Shown: piece by piece, positions 9,619 to 19,011 of the stretch
Position numbering within the stretch: position 1 is the stretch's first letter
How the letters are laid out: each line of letters starts with the position of its first letter
Assembly: GCA_965226585.1 (NCBI GenBank)
Contig: OZ245366.1
Span: forward strand, 160,001-224,000
Direction of reading: 5' to 3'
DNA: 64,000 bases
From: Thermodesulfobacteriota bacterium
GTDB taxonomy: Bacteria > Desulfobacterota_D > UBA1144 > Nemesobacterales > Mycalebacteriaceae
The notes under the pieces: model-generated
Seen by the model: the letters and a program-made list of their open reading frames with translations, nothing else
Databases searched by the model: none
Told to the model about the DNA's origin: nothing
Translations under genes and position numbers: made by a program

Positions 9619-10938
9619 ATGGCTGGCGCGACAGACAAAAACGGCGGCGGTTTTGCCGCTCTGCCCTCTGCGGCGGGAAAAACGGGTCTCCCCGTTCTTG
9701 ACGAAGTAAGGCAACTCGGGGCAGACGCTTTGGGCGGCGGGCTTGAGTTCCCGACCGTGCGTCATGAGGACTGGAGATTTACAAACCTCGCCCCGGTTGG
9801 AAAAACCGTTTATGAACTTCCCTCCAAAACCCCGGAGGCGGAAAAAGATTTTTCAGACCGCCTTATAAAAGGGATGGGCGCGCCCGCGCTGGTTTTTGTC
9901 AACGGGTTTTACTCCGCCTCTCTCTCAAACCCTCCGGCGGGAAACGGGGGCGCGGTTGTGTGCGCGCTTTCTGAAGCCGCGCGGCTTTACCCCGATGTGG
10001 TGGCGGAAAATCTGGGAAAACTGTCAAACTGTAAAGACGAGTATTTCACCGCGCTCAACACGGCGCTTTTTGCTGACGGCGCGTTTGTGCATATTCCCAC
10101 GGGAAGCGAAATCAAAGACCCCGTCTACATCGTTTATATGACCGAAACCGGCGGCGCGCCTCTGGTAACAAGCCCCAGAAACCTCATAGTGGCGGGAGAC
10201 AACTGCAGAGCGAAAATCGTTGAACACTACATATCAGGCGGAGACGGCAACTGCCTTTCAAACACCCTGACCGAAGTGTCTGTCGGGGCTGAGAGCGCGG
10301 TGGAGCACTACTGCCTTGAGTTTGAAAGCGGGGGCGGCGTGGGCGTTTCAACTCTGAACATGATTCAGCAGAAAGATTCAAACACCGTTTCACATTCCGT
10401 TCTCACGGGCGGGGCGATTGTGAGAAACAACGTGCATCCGAAACTCGCAGGAACGGGTTGCAACTCTCTCATAAACGGCTTGTTCATGCCAACCAGCCGC
10501 CAGCACATGGACAACTTTATGAAGGTTGAGCACGCCGCCCCGCACTGCGACAGCAGACAGCTTTACAACGGGGTTCTGAACGAAAAGGGGCGCGGGGTTT
10601 TTCACGGAAGAATTATAGTGCACGAGGGCGCGATAAAAACGGACGCCAAGCAGACAAACCGCAACCTTCTGCTTTCAGACACGGCTCAAATAGACACAAA
10701 ACCGCAACTTGAAATCTACAATGACGACGTGAAATGCACTCACGGGGCGACCATAGGGCAGATGGATGAGGAAGCGGTTTTCTATCTGCGGTCAAGGGGA
10801 ATTCCCGAAAGCGAGGCGCGCGCGGTTATTCTGCGTGGCTTCACGGGAGAGAGTCTTGCCCTCATGACGGTTGAGCCGGTGCGGGACTTTCTTGAAAAAG
10901 TGTCCGAACAGTGGTTCACAGACGCTCTTGACGGCTGA
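9619..10938 (+). CDS. sufD: Fe-S cluster assembly protein SufD
   Basis: EDWRFT, LVFVNG, GVFHGRI, KTDAKQTNRNLLL, PQLEIYNDDVKCTHGAT, FYLRSRGI. Start placed at ATG 9619, after the sufC stop. Confidence 0.95.
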   Translation: MAGATDKNGGGFAALPSAAGKTGLPVLDEVRQLGADALGGGLEFPTVRHEDWRFTNLAPVGKTVYELPSKTPEAEKDFSDRLIKGMGAPALVFVNGFYSASLSNPPAGNGGAVVCALSEAARLYPDVVAENLGKLSNCKDEYFTALNTALFADGAFVHIPTGSEIKDPVYIVYMTETGGAPLVTSPRNLIVAGDNCRAKIVEHYISGGDGNCLSNTLTEVSVGAESAVEHYCLEFESGGGVGVSTLNMIQQKDSNTVSHSVLTGGAIVRNNVHPKLAGTGCNSLINGLFMPTSRQHMDNFMKVEHAAPHCDSRQLYNGVLNEKGRGVFHGRIIVHEGAIKTDAKQTNRNLLLSDTAQIDTKPQLEIYNDDVKCTHGATIGQMDEEAVFYLRSRGIPESEARAVILRGFTGESLALMTVEPVRDFLEKVSEQWFTDALDG

Positions 10939-10946
10939 GGTTCCTG

Positions 10947-11258
10947 ATGGCGGAAATGAAGAAAATCGCGCGCGCGGAGGAGATTGCCCCCGGCGAGATA
11001 AAATCTTTCACGGTGGGGTTTGACACTGTGGCGGTCTGCAATGTGGAAGGACGTTTCTGTGCCTTCCGCGACCAGTGCAGTCATCAGGAACTGCCCCTTT
11101 CAGACGGCGAATTGAACGGAGAGGTTGTTACCTGCGCGTATCACGGCGCGGAATTCAATGTGGTAACTGGAGAGGCGCTTTGCATGCCCGCGAGCGAGCC
11201 GGTTGAGGTGTTCAGGGTGAAGGTGGAAGACGGCGATATTTTTGTGGCGGTGGATTAG
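10947..11258 (+). CDS. Rieske [2Fe-2S] ferredoxin
   Basis: CSH...CAYH Rieske motifs; directly after sufD. Confidence 0.93.
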   Translation: MAEMKKIARAEEIAPGEIKSFTVGFDTVAVCNVEGRFCAFRDQCSHQELPLSDGELNGEVVTCAYHGAEFNVVTGEALCMPASEPVEVFRVKVEDGDIFVAVD

Positions 11259-11335
11259 CTGTGATTGACCGCTTTCTCTCAAGGAATGTAGTTCCCCCGC
11301 GCGCTTTTCCGGACGGAAGACGGCGGTTTGCTTTT

Positions 11336-11953
11336 ATGTTCAGACACATAGTTTCATTTCTGGCTGTGGCGGCGATTTCGGTTTTTCCCGCGCCTCACGC
11401 GGAAACAAGCGCGGCGCAGAGCGGAGAGGACAATTTCAAGTTCGGGCTGTCTTCGGGCTACTACTATCAGTTGGCGGATTTGAAAAACGGCGCACAGCCG
11501 GAACTGGAGGTTGTGGAACAGCGCGGGGCGTATGTTGCCGCCAAGGCGGGATACTACATTGAACAAGACCCGTCTCTGACATGGGGAATTGAACTGGAGC
11601 CGGGTTTTATGTTTGGTCTCAGCGCGAGCGTAACCTCTAATCCCAATATTGGCGATGTGGAGACTTATCACATAGCCGTTCCGGTTTATGCGGTCGCGCA
11701 GTTCACATTCCTTGAAAACTGGAAAGCGGACATGGGACTCGGAACGGGCGCGATGCTATACAACATAGGCGATAAAGTCACCGGCGGCGGCACGGTATTT
11801 CCCGTCTTTGTAAAAGCGGGCGCATCCATTGCCGTAAGCACAAAAATGACGTTTGGCGGAGACTTGCGCTTTCACTACAGCGCTGTCGAACCGGACGACA
11901 TCTTATCAGTATGGGGAATTGGCGCGGGCGCGTCTCTGACTTATATGTTCTGA
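11336..11953 (+). CDS. Outer-membrane beta-barrel protein (8-stranded type)
   Basis: Signal peptide from ATG 11336, alternating beta strands, C-terminal LTYMF beta-signal. Confidence 0.7.
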   Translation: MFRHIVSFLAVAAISVFPAPHAETSAAQSGEDNFKFGLSSGYYYQLADLKNGAQPELEVVEQRGAYVAAKAGYYIEQDPSLTWGIELEPGFMFGLSASVTSNPNIGDVETYHIAVPVYAVAQFTFLENWKADMGLGTGAMLYNIGDKVTGGGTVFPVFVKAGASIAVSTKMTFGGDLRFHYSAVEPDDILSVWGIGAGASLTYMF

Positions 11954-12029
11954 CCCGTTGCGGCGGAACATTCAAAAGCAAATTTACACTGTGCCGGTTG
12001 ACGGGTTTTTAACAGCCCGGAGGCGCGGA

Positions 12030-13355
12030 CTACTGGTTCATTCCGCTGAGGAACTCTTTGTTGTTCTTGGTGCCGCGCATCTTGTCGAGCAGGAACTCCA
12101 TCGCGTCAACCGTGTTCATCGGGTTGAGCACCTTGCGCAACAGCCACACCCTGTTCAACTCCTCTTCGGTGAGCAGAAGCTCCTCTTTTCTCGTGCCTGA
12201 ACGCTGAAGTTCAACGGCGGGGAAGATACGCCTGTCGGCGAGTTTTCTGTCAAGGTAGCACTCCATGTTGCCCGTGCCTTTGAACTCTTCAAAAATCACC
12301 TCGTCCATTCTGCTTCCCGTGTCTATAAGAGCGGTCGCTATGATTGTGAGGCTTCCGCCCTCTTCGGTGTTTCTCGCGGCTCCGAAAAATCGCTTGGGCT
12401 TTTGAAGCGCGTTCGCCTCAATTCCGCCTGAAAGCACTCTTCCGCTTGCGGGCGTAACCGTGTTGCTCGCCCTCGCAAGACGGGTGAGGCTGTCCAGAAG
12501 AACGACAACATCTCTGCCTTGCTCCACATAGCGTTTTGCCTTTTCAAGAACCATGTCTGAAACCTGAATGTGTCGTTTGGGCGGCTCGTCAAAGGTTGAA
12601 CTCACAACCTCGCCGACAACCGACCTCTGCATATCCGTAACCTCTTCGGGACGCTCGTCTATGAGAAGAACTATCATCTCAACATCGGGATGATTGTCCG
12701 TAATTCCGTTTGCGATTCTCTGAAGAAGTATGGTTTTTCCCGTTCTCGGCGGGGCGACAATAAGAGCCCTCTGCCCAAACCCGATGGGAATGAAAAGATT
12801 CAAAATTCTCGTGCTGAACTCTTTGGCTTCGTACTCAAGGTTCAAACGCTTTTCCGGGTGCAGTGGAACAAGGTTTTCAAACGGAATTCTCTCGTTGCAC
12901 TTCGCCGGTTCCTGCCCGTTGACACTCTCTATCTTCAAAAGCGCGAGGTTTTTCTCTCCGTCTCTGGGAAGGCGAACCTGCCCGACTATGGTGTCGCCGG
13001 TTTTGAGGCTGACGGAGCGAATTTGTGATTTTGAAACGTAAACGTCATCGGGACCGAAAAGGTAGCTGTTCTTCGGCGACCTTAAAAACCCGTAGCCCTC
13101 GGAAAGTATCTCAAGAACGCCTCCCGCCTCAATGGAGCCGTCATCTCTCGCGCTGGTGGCGCGCATTATGGCGTAAATCAAATCCTGACGCGACATAACT
13201 GTTGTGTCGCCAAGTTGCGCGTCTGCGGCGAGTTTTGTCAACTCGCTGTTTGTCTTCTTTCTGAGAATATCAAGGGTGAGTTCCCCGTCGCCGGCAGAGG
13301 CGTCTGCCTTCTTCTTGCGGGGAGTCTCTTCGGTTTGTTCCTGATCTTTGGACAT
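12030..13355 (-). CDS. rho: Transcription termination factor Rho
   Basis: [52 protein letters not shown]. Confidence 0.98.
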   Translation of the reverse strand: MSKDQEQTEETPRKKKADASAGDGELTLDILRKKTNSELTKLAADAQLGDTTVMSRQDLIYAIMRATSARDDGSIEAGGVLEILSEGYGFLRSPKNSYLFGPDDVYVSKSQIRSVSLKTGDTIVGQVRLPRDGEKNLALLKIESVNGQEPAKCNERIPFENLVPLHPEKRLNLEYEAKEFSTRILNLFIPIGFGQRALIVAPPRTGKTILLQRIANGITDNHPDVEMIVLLIDERPEEVTDMQRSVVGEVVSSTFDEPPKRHIQVSDMVLEKAKRYVEQGRDVVVLLDSLTRLARASNTVTPASGRVLSGGIEANALQKPKRFFGAARNTEEGGSLTIIATALIDTGSRMDEVIFEEFKGTGNMECYLDRKLADRRIFPAVELQRSGTRKEELLLTEEELNRVWLLRKVLNPMNTVDAMEFLLDKMRGTKNNKEFLSGMNQ

Positions 13356-13505
13356 ATCTGAATCCGTATAGGGAGTAACTGAAAACCCGTAAAGATGTCT
13401 GGAGAGGAAAACCCGCTGAATCTATCCCGATAAACAGTTTGTGAATTAGCCGCCCCGCAAAAACGCCGGGCGGAGGCAGGAGCCGGAAATCCTCTAGCCC
13501 TTTCA

Positions 13506-13533
13506 AGTGTATAGCAAGTCCGCTCTATGTCAA
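13506..13533 (-). promoter_or_regulatory. Putative sigma70 promoter of rho
   Basis: Minus strand TTGACA-16-TACACT, about 150 nt upstream of the rho ATG. Confidence 0.6.
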
Positions 13534-13583
13534 GAGGTTATGTTGGCGGCGGGCTGAACCGCAAGGCGGGAGGGCTTTCGTTC

Positions 13584-13612
13584 TTGCCAAACCCCGCGCC
13601 CTGCCTTACAAT
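13584..13612 (+). promoter_or_regulatory. Putative sigma70 promoter of yebC-ruvCAB
   Basis: TTGCCA-17-TACAAT upstream of GGGAG and the ATG at 13643. Confidence 0.6.
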
Positions 13613-13642
13613 AAACGGGACAGAAACGCGGGAGATGCTACT

Positions 13643-14395
13643 ATGGCAGGACACTCAAAATGGGCGAATATAAAGCACAGAAAAGCCGCCGTTGACGCGA
13701 AACGGGGCAAGATTTTCACCAAAATTATACGCGAGTTGACAGTCGCCGCCCGGCAGGGCGGAACAGACGCGGACTCAAATCCGCGCCTCAGAACCGCCAT
13801 GTCTCTCGCCAAAAGCAACAACATGCCCGGAGACACGATTGACAGGGCGGTAAAACGCGGCGGCGGCGGAACGGACGGGGCGGAGTTTCAGGAGATTTTC
13901 TACGAGGGCTACGGGCCCGGCGGAAGCGCGGTTTACGTTCAAACGCTAACCGACAACAAAAACCGCACCGTTTCAGACATCAGGCGCATATTCAGCAAAC
14001 ACGGCGGCAATCTGGGCGAAAACGGATGCGTGTCATGGATATTTGAGATGAAGGGAAGGATTGACTTCCCGGCGGACACGGACAGGGAAAAACTGTTTGA
14101 CACCGCCATAGACGCCGGAGCGGAAGATGTTCTTTCAGAAGACGGCGAATCCGCTGTTGTTACGGCGGTTGAGGATTTCGAACGGGTGAAAACCGCGCTT
14201 GAAGAAGAGGGCTTCAAAAACGAAGCGGCGGCGGTAACGATGATTCCGCAAAACAGCGTGAAAATTGACGGGAAGGAAGCCGGCAAGATGATACAGCTTG
14301 TTGAGACGCTTGAAGACAGCGATGACGTGCAGAATGTCTATGCGAATTTCGACATAGACGGCAGTCTGCTTGAAGAGTTGAGCGGTCGGAATTAG
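13643..14395 (+). CDS. yebC: YebC/PmpR family protein
   Basis: MAGHSKWANIKHRK, YEGYGPGG, LTDNKNRT, DDVQNVYAN. Confidence 0.97.
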   Translation: MAGHSKWANIKHRKAAVDAKRGKIFTKIIRELTVAARQGGTDADSNPRLRTAMSLAKSNNMPGDTIDRAVKRGGGGTDGAEFQEIFYEGYGPGGSAVYVQTLTDNKNRTVSDIRRIFSKHGGNLGENGCVSWIFEMKGRIDFPADTDREKLFDTAIDAGAEDVLSEDGESAVVTAVEDFERVKTALEEEGFKNEAAAVTMIPQNSVKIDGKEAGKMIQLVETLEDSDDVQNVYANFDIDGSLLEELSGRN

Positions 14396-14956
14396 ATGAA
14401 GGTCATAGGAATTGACCCGGGTTCGCAATCCTGCGGATACGCAATTGTTGAGAAAGACGGAACCTCTCTGCGTGTTGTGGAGAGCGGGGCGATACGCCCG
14501 AAACGGACTCTGCCGGTTCACGAGCGTTTGCACCTTATAAGCGAGGGGGTTTCGTTAAAAATGGAAACATTTTCGCCGGACTGTATGTCAATTGAAAAGG
14601 TGTTTGTGGCGAAAAACTCAAAATCCGCGATACACCTGGGGCAGGCGCGCGGGGCTATGCTTGCCGCGGCGGGAGCGCGGGCGATGGATGTTCACGAGTA
14701 CTCGCCAACCCGCGTGAAGAAATCCGTAACAAGCAACGGAAGGGCTTCAAAAGAAGATGTTCAGAAAATAGTTTCAATTATGACGGGCATGAAAAGCTTT
14801 GAGACTTCCGATGAGTCGGACGCGATAGCGGTCGCCATCTGCCACATCAACGCCGCCCGTCCCGGAGGGAAAATTCCGGTTTTCTCTCCGCGCAAAAACA
14901 CGCGAAGGAGGCGCTTCTCGCCGGATGATTTCCCTGCTGAAAGGAAAAATTGTTAA
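14396..14956 (+). CDS. ruvC: Holliday junction resolvase RuvC
   Basis: IGIDPGS, SIEKVF, LGQARG, VKKSVT.NGRASK, DESDAIAVAICH. Confidence 0.96.
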   Translation: MKVIGIDPGSQSCGYAIVEKDGTSLRVVESGAIRPKRTLPVHERLHLISEGVSLKMETFSPDCMSIEKVFVAKNSKSAIHLGQARGAMLAAAGARAMDVHEYSPTRVKKSVTSNGRASKEDVQKIVSIMTGMKSFETSDESDAIAVAICHINAARPGGKIPVFSPRKNTRRRRFSPDDFPAERKNC

Positions 14957-15521
14957 AAAATCGCCCGATTTGCTGGTGATTGAGGCGGCGGGTGTGGGAT
15001 ACGGCGTTATCCCGACCGCGCGCGCGTTTGCGGAACTGCCCGGCGAGGGAGAGCAAGCGCAGATTTCCGTGCACACGCACTTTTCCGTCAACTCGCGCGA
15101 AGGCTCGCTTGAACTGTTCGGTTTTTCGTCCTCTTACGAAGAGGAGGTTTTCAAAAAACTGCTCAGCATATCGGGCATAGGGCCCCGCGCCGCGCTCAAG
15201 ATACTGTCGTGCGTTACGGCGGAGATGCTTGCCGAGGCGGTTGTGAAAGGGGATCTGGACAAGAAAAAAATCCCCGGTCTCGGGCCCAAAAGGGCGGCGA
15301 CCATAATGAATGAACTGAAAGGGAAAATTTCCGCGCCGCTCCACACGGCGGGAGAAGGCGGGCGCGGAGAGGATACGGAAACTATCTTCACGATGCTGAA
15401 AAACTACGGATTCACGGCGGCGGAAATCCGGGCGGCGGCGGAAGAAATTGAGGAGATAGTAAAGTCGTCCGGCAGTATGGAAAACTCGGTCAAAAAGGCA
15501 CTCAGCGTTATGAGGAAATAA
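14925..15521 (+). CDS. ruvA: Holliday junction branch migration protein RuvA
   Basis: MISLLKG, GVGY, LFGF, LLSISGIGPRAAL, IPGLGPKRA; lies between ruvC and ruvB. Confidence 0.93.
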   Translation: MISLLKGKIVKKSPDLLVIEAAGVGYGVIPTARAFAELPGEGEQAQISVHTHFSVNSREGSLELFGFSSSYEEEVFKKLLSISGIGPRAALKILSCVTAEMLAEAVVKGDLDKKKIPGLGPKRAATIMNELKGKISAPLHTAGEGGRGEDTETIFTMLKNYGFTAAEIRAAAEEIEEIVKSSGSMENSVKKALSVMRK

Positions 15522-15524
15522 CAC

Positions 15525-16571
15525 GTGGCGGAGAAGGAAATGAGCGAAAAAACTGAACGCATCACAAGTCCGCAAACCATAGAGGGAGACACGGCGGCGG
15601 TGGCGGAAGAGAAACTGCGCCCCGAATCGCTTGACGATTTTCTGGGGCAGGAAAAAACCAGAGAAAAAATAAACATATTCATCAGAGCGGCGCAAAAGAG
15701 AAAAGCGGCGGCAGACCACATTCTGCTTTGCGGGCCTCCGGGGCTCGGCAAAACCACGCTCGCCCGCATAGTGGCGGCGGAACTCGGGGCAACTCTTCAC
15801 CAGACCTCAGGCCCCGTGCTTGAAAGAACGGGAGACCTCGCGGCAATGCTTACGAGCCTTGAGGAAAAAGATGTTCTGTTCATAGACGAAATACACCGCA
15901 CAAGCAGGATTGTGGAGGAATACCTCTACCCCGCAATGGAAGACTTCAGCATAGACCTGCTTATGGGAGAGGGACCGTCTGCGCGCTCAATGAAAATCAA
16001 ACTTGAGCCCTTCACGCTTATCGGTGCGACCACGCGGACGGGGCTGTTAACCTCCCCCCTGCATTCGCGCTTCGGAATGGAGTTGCGCCTTGAACACTAC
16101 GGGCGGGAGGAAATTGAGAGGATAGTGAACCGTTCGGCGGGAATTCTGGAAGTGGATATATCGCCCCCTGCGGCGGCGCACATAGCGGCGCGCTCACGCG
16201 GAACGCCCAGAGTGGCAAACCGCCTTCTCCGCAGGGTGCGCGACTACGCCGAAGTGAAATCAGACGGCAAAATCGGCGAGAAGGAAACTCTCGGGTGTCT
16301 TGAGATGCTTGAGATTGACGGCTTCGGGCTGGACAGCCTCGACAGGGCTATACTGATGACAATCATAGACAGATTCGGCGGCGGTCCGGTGGGGATAGAG
16401 ACCATCGCCGCGTCTGTGAGCGAAGACAGAGACACAATAGAGCAGGTGTACGAGCCGTTTCTCCTCAGGTGCGGACTGCTTGAAAAAACCCCGCAGGGAA
16501 GAAAAGCGTCTCCGCTTGCCTACTCGCATCTCGGAATGACGAACCCGCGAGAGCGGAAAACCCTGCTTTAA
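15525..16571 (+). CDS. ruvB: Holliday junction DNA helicase RuvB
   Basis: LRPESL, GPPGLGKTTLA, LFIDEIHR, LYPAMEDF, GATTR, RGTPRVANRLL. Alternative ATG at 15540. Confidence 0.98.
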   Translation: MAEKEMSEKTERITSPQTIEGDTAAVAEEKLRPESLDDFLGQEKTREKINIFIRAAQKRKAAADHILLCGPPGLGKTTLARIVAAELGATLHQTSGPVLERTGDLAAMLTSLEEKDVLFIDEIHRTSRIVEEYLYPAMEDFSIDLLMGEGPSARSMKIKLEPFTLIGATTRTGLLTSPLHSRFGMELRLEHYGREEIERIVNRSAGILEVDISPPAAAHIAARSRGTPRVANRLLRRVRDYAEVKSDGKIGEKETLGCLEMLEIDGFGLDSLDRAILMTIIDRFGGGPVGIETIAASVSEDRDTIEQVYEPFLLRCGLLEKTPQGRKASPLAYSHLGMTNPRERKTLL

Positions 16572-16574
16572 CCC

Positions 16575-16668
16575 GTAAAAAAACCTCCCGCCTGCGCGCT
16601 CCTGCACACAAGCAGAAAAAACGGTAAAGCGGCGATTTTTTCATAAAACTTACATCCGGTTTTTTTAC
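16575..16668. repeat. 94-bp intergenic element bounded by perfect 11-bp inverted repeats
   Basis: GTAAAAAAACC (16575-16585) and GGTTTTTTTAC (16658-16668), with small internal hairpins. Confidence 0.5.
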
Positions 16669-16732
16669 ACGCAGGACAATAGAGTGTAAATTGCTCGGCG
16701 CGGGGCTTCAAACCGCGTCCCTGTTGCTGAAA

Positions 16733-17362
16733 ATGTTGCTGACTTTGGTAAGACACGGCGAAACCGAGTGGAACAGGCTTCAAAGATGCCAGGGGGTTAG
16801 CGACATACCGCTTAACGAAAACGGGGTTTTTCAGTCAAAACTGCTCGCCGAAAGTCTTAAAAACGAAAAGATAGACGCGGTTTTTTCAAGCGGACTCAAA
16901 AGGGCTTCCTCTACGGCGGAGGCGATAGCAAAGTTTCACGGCCTTGAAGTGGGAGTGAATGAGGATTTCAGAGAGATGGATCAGGGCGAGTTTGAGGGCG
17001 TTGAGTTCTCCGAGATACGGGAAAAACATTCGGACAAACTGAAGATGTGGGTGGAAAGCCCCGCAAGTTTCCGCATACCGGGAGGCGAGACGCTTTCCGA
17101 GGTTCAAAAAAGAGCGATGAACGGAATTGAAAATATGCTGAGCAAATGGACGGACGCACACATAGTTGTGGTGAGCCACAACCTTACAATTGTGTCTATG
17201 CTGTGCGAATTCAACAGCACTCCCATATCCGGTTTCCGGGATTTTAAAATCAGCGAAACCTCCCGGACCGTTGTTTCGTGTGAAAGCGGAAAATACACGG
17301 TCAATATTCTCAACGACACATCACATCTTGACGGCGCGGCGGGATACGGCGCCGGGGCGTAA
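16733..17362 (+). CDS. Histidine phosphatase family protein (CobC/PspA/GpmB-like)
   Basis: LVRHGET, SSGLKRA, REMDQGEFEG, PGGET, VVSH. Start placed at ATG 16733. Confidence 0.9.
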   Translation: MLLTLVRHGETEWNRLQRCQGVSDIPLNENGVFQSKLLAESLKNEKIDAVFSSGLKRASSTAEAIAKFHGLEVGVNEDFREMDQGEFEGVEFSEIREKHSDKLKMWVESPASFRIPGGETLSEVQKRAMNGIENMLSKWTDAHIVVVSHNLTIVSMLCEFNSTPISGFRDFKISETSRTVVSCESGKYTVNILNDTSHLDGAAGYGAGA

Positions 17363-19005
17363 TGAAACCGAGAATCAGAGAGGAAGTTTTGCGCGCGCTT
17401 ACCGCCGTTGCGGGCGCGGACGCGGCGGAGGGTTTTGAGATTGAAACGCCGCGCCGCAAAGAGTTCGGTGATTTTTCAACCAACGCGGCAATGGCGGTGG
17501 CAAAAAAATCGGGCGGGAACCCGCGGGAACTCGCCGCCGCCCTGACGCGGTTTTTTGAAGAAAACAGCGCGGATATTTTTGAAAAAGTGGAGGTCGCGGG
17601 ACCGGGCTTTATCAACTTTTTCGTAAAGCCGGGGGCAATACTCTCAGGTCTTGAAAAGATAGAGCGGCTGGGAAGCAGGTTCGGGGCGGGAGAGCGCGGC
17701 GGGGAAACAGCTCTGATTGAGTTTGTGAGCGCGAACCCGACGGGTCCTCTTCACTTCGGGCACGCGCGCGGCGCGGTTGTGGGAGATGTTCTCGCAAACG
17801 TGCTTGAGTTCGCCGGAACACGGGTTGAGCGCGAGTTCTATATTAACGACGCGGGAAATCAAATGGAGATGCTTGGGCAGTCAGTCCGGGCGGCGGTGAT
17901 GAAACTGCTCGGAAAAGACGGAGAAATCCCCGCTGACGGCTACCGGGGCGAATACATATTGGAGATTGCGCGTGAGATTGTTGAGAGCAAAAAAGCGGAA
18001 GAGGAGATAACGCCCGAATTGTGCAAGCAGTTCGCCTATGAAAAACTGCTTGGCGCGATACGGGAAGACCTCGCCTTTATCGGTGTTGAGTTCAACAAAT
18101 GGGTTAGCGAAAAAGAGCTTCTCCATTCGGAAGACGGGGAGAGAAAAACCCTGATTGACCGCGCGATGGAAAAACTGCGCGAGGCGGACGCGGTGAAAAA
18201 AGAGGGAGGCGCCGAGTGGTTCAAGGCGACAGACTACGGCGATTCTCAGGACTGGGTTCTCATAAAAAAAGACGGTTCGTCCACTTACTTTCTTTCAGAC
18301 ATCGCGTATCACTCGGAAAAGTTTTCAAGGGGTTTCGACAAACTGATCAACATCTGGGGAGCTGACCATCACAGCCATGTCGGCCGTCTTAAAGAGGCGG
18401 TTTCGGCAATGGGGCTTTCAGATTCAGCTCTTGAGTTCCTTCTCATACAGTTCGTCCGCCTTGTGCAAGACGGCAAAGAACAGGCGATGGGCAAAAGGGC
18501 GGGAAGTTATGTAACTCTGCGCGAGGTGGCGGAAAGTGTCGGGGCGGATGTAACGCGCTTTTTTCTCCTCATGCGGGCGGTGGAAAGTCATCTGGATTTT
18601 GACCTTGAACTCGCGTGCAAAAGTTCAAATGAAAACCCCGTTTATTACGTGCAGTACGCACACGCAAGGGCGGGAAGCATAAAACGCAACGCGGACGAAA
18701 AAAACATCACCGCTTCATCTGAACATTTGAACCTGCTTGTGCTTGAGCCGGAGATTGAAATAACAAAAATTCTGCTTTCATTCCCCGATGTTGTCCGCGA
18801 CAGCGCGCGCACCCTCGCGCCTCACAAAATTGCATTTTACCTTCAGGGGCTTGCTTCCGCTTTTCATTCCTACTACAATGCCAACAGGGTTATTACGGAC
18901 GATGAAAGCCTGTCATCGGCGCGGCTTTTCCTGTGCGGGTGCGTGAGCGTTGTCTTGAAAAACGGTCTTGGGCTTCTTGGGGTTTCGGCGCCTGAGAGGA
19001 TGTGA
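17362..19005 (+). CDS. argS: Arginine--tRNA ligase
   Basis: GDFSTN, AGPGFINF, EFVSANPTGPLHFGHARG, WGADH, NPVYYVQYAHAR, APERM. Confidence 0.98.
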   Translation: MKPRIREEVLRALTAVAGADAAEGFEIETPRRKEFGDFSTNAAMAVAKKSGGNPRELAAALTRFFEENSADIFEKVEVAGPGFINFFVKPGAILSGLEKIERLGSRFGAGERGGETALIEFVSANPTGPLHFGHARGAVVGDVLANVLEFAGTRVEREFYINDAGNQMEMLGQSVRAAVMKLLGKDGEIPADGYRGEYILEIAREIVESKKAEEEITPELCKQFAYEKLLGAIREDLAFIGVEFNKWVSEKELLHSEDGERKTLIDRAMEKLREADAVKKEGGAEWFKATDYGDSQDWVLIKKDGSSTYFLSDIAYHSEKFSRGFDKLINIWGADHHSHVGRLKEAVSAMGLSDSALEFLLIQFVRLVQDGKEQAMGKRAGSYVTLREVAESVGADVTRFFLLMRAVESHLDFDLELACKSSNENPVYYVQYAHARAGSIKRNADEKNITASSEHLNLLVLEPEIEITKILLSFPDVVRDSARTLAPHKIAFYLQGLASAFHSYYNANRVITDDESLSSARLFLCGCVSVVLKNGLGLLGVSAPERM

Positions 19006-19011
19006 GCGGCA

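Noticed and set aside
16699..16717. CGCGG-GGCTTCAAA-CCGCG resembling a tRNA-Sec anticodon arm
   Set aside because: No acceptor stem, T-arm (GTTCGA) or CCA context; just a short hairpin.
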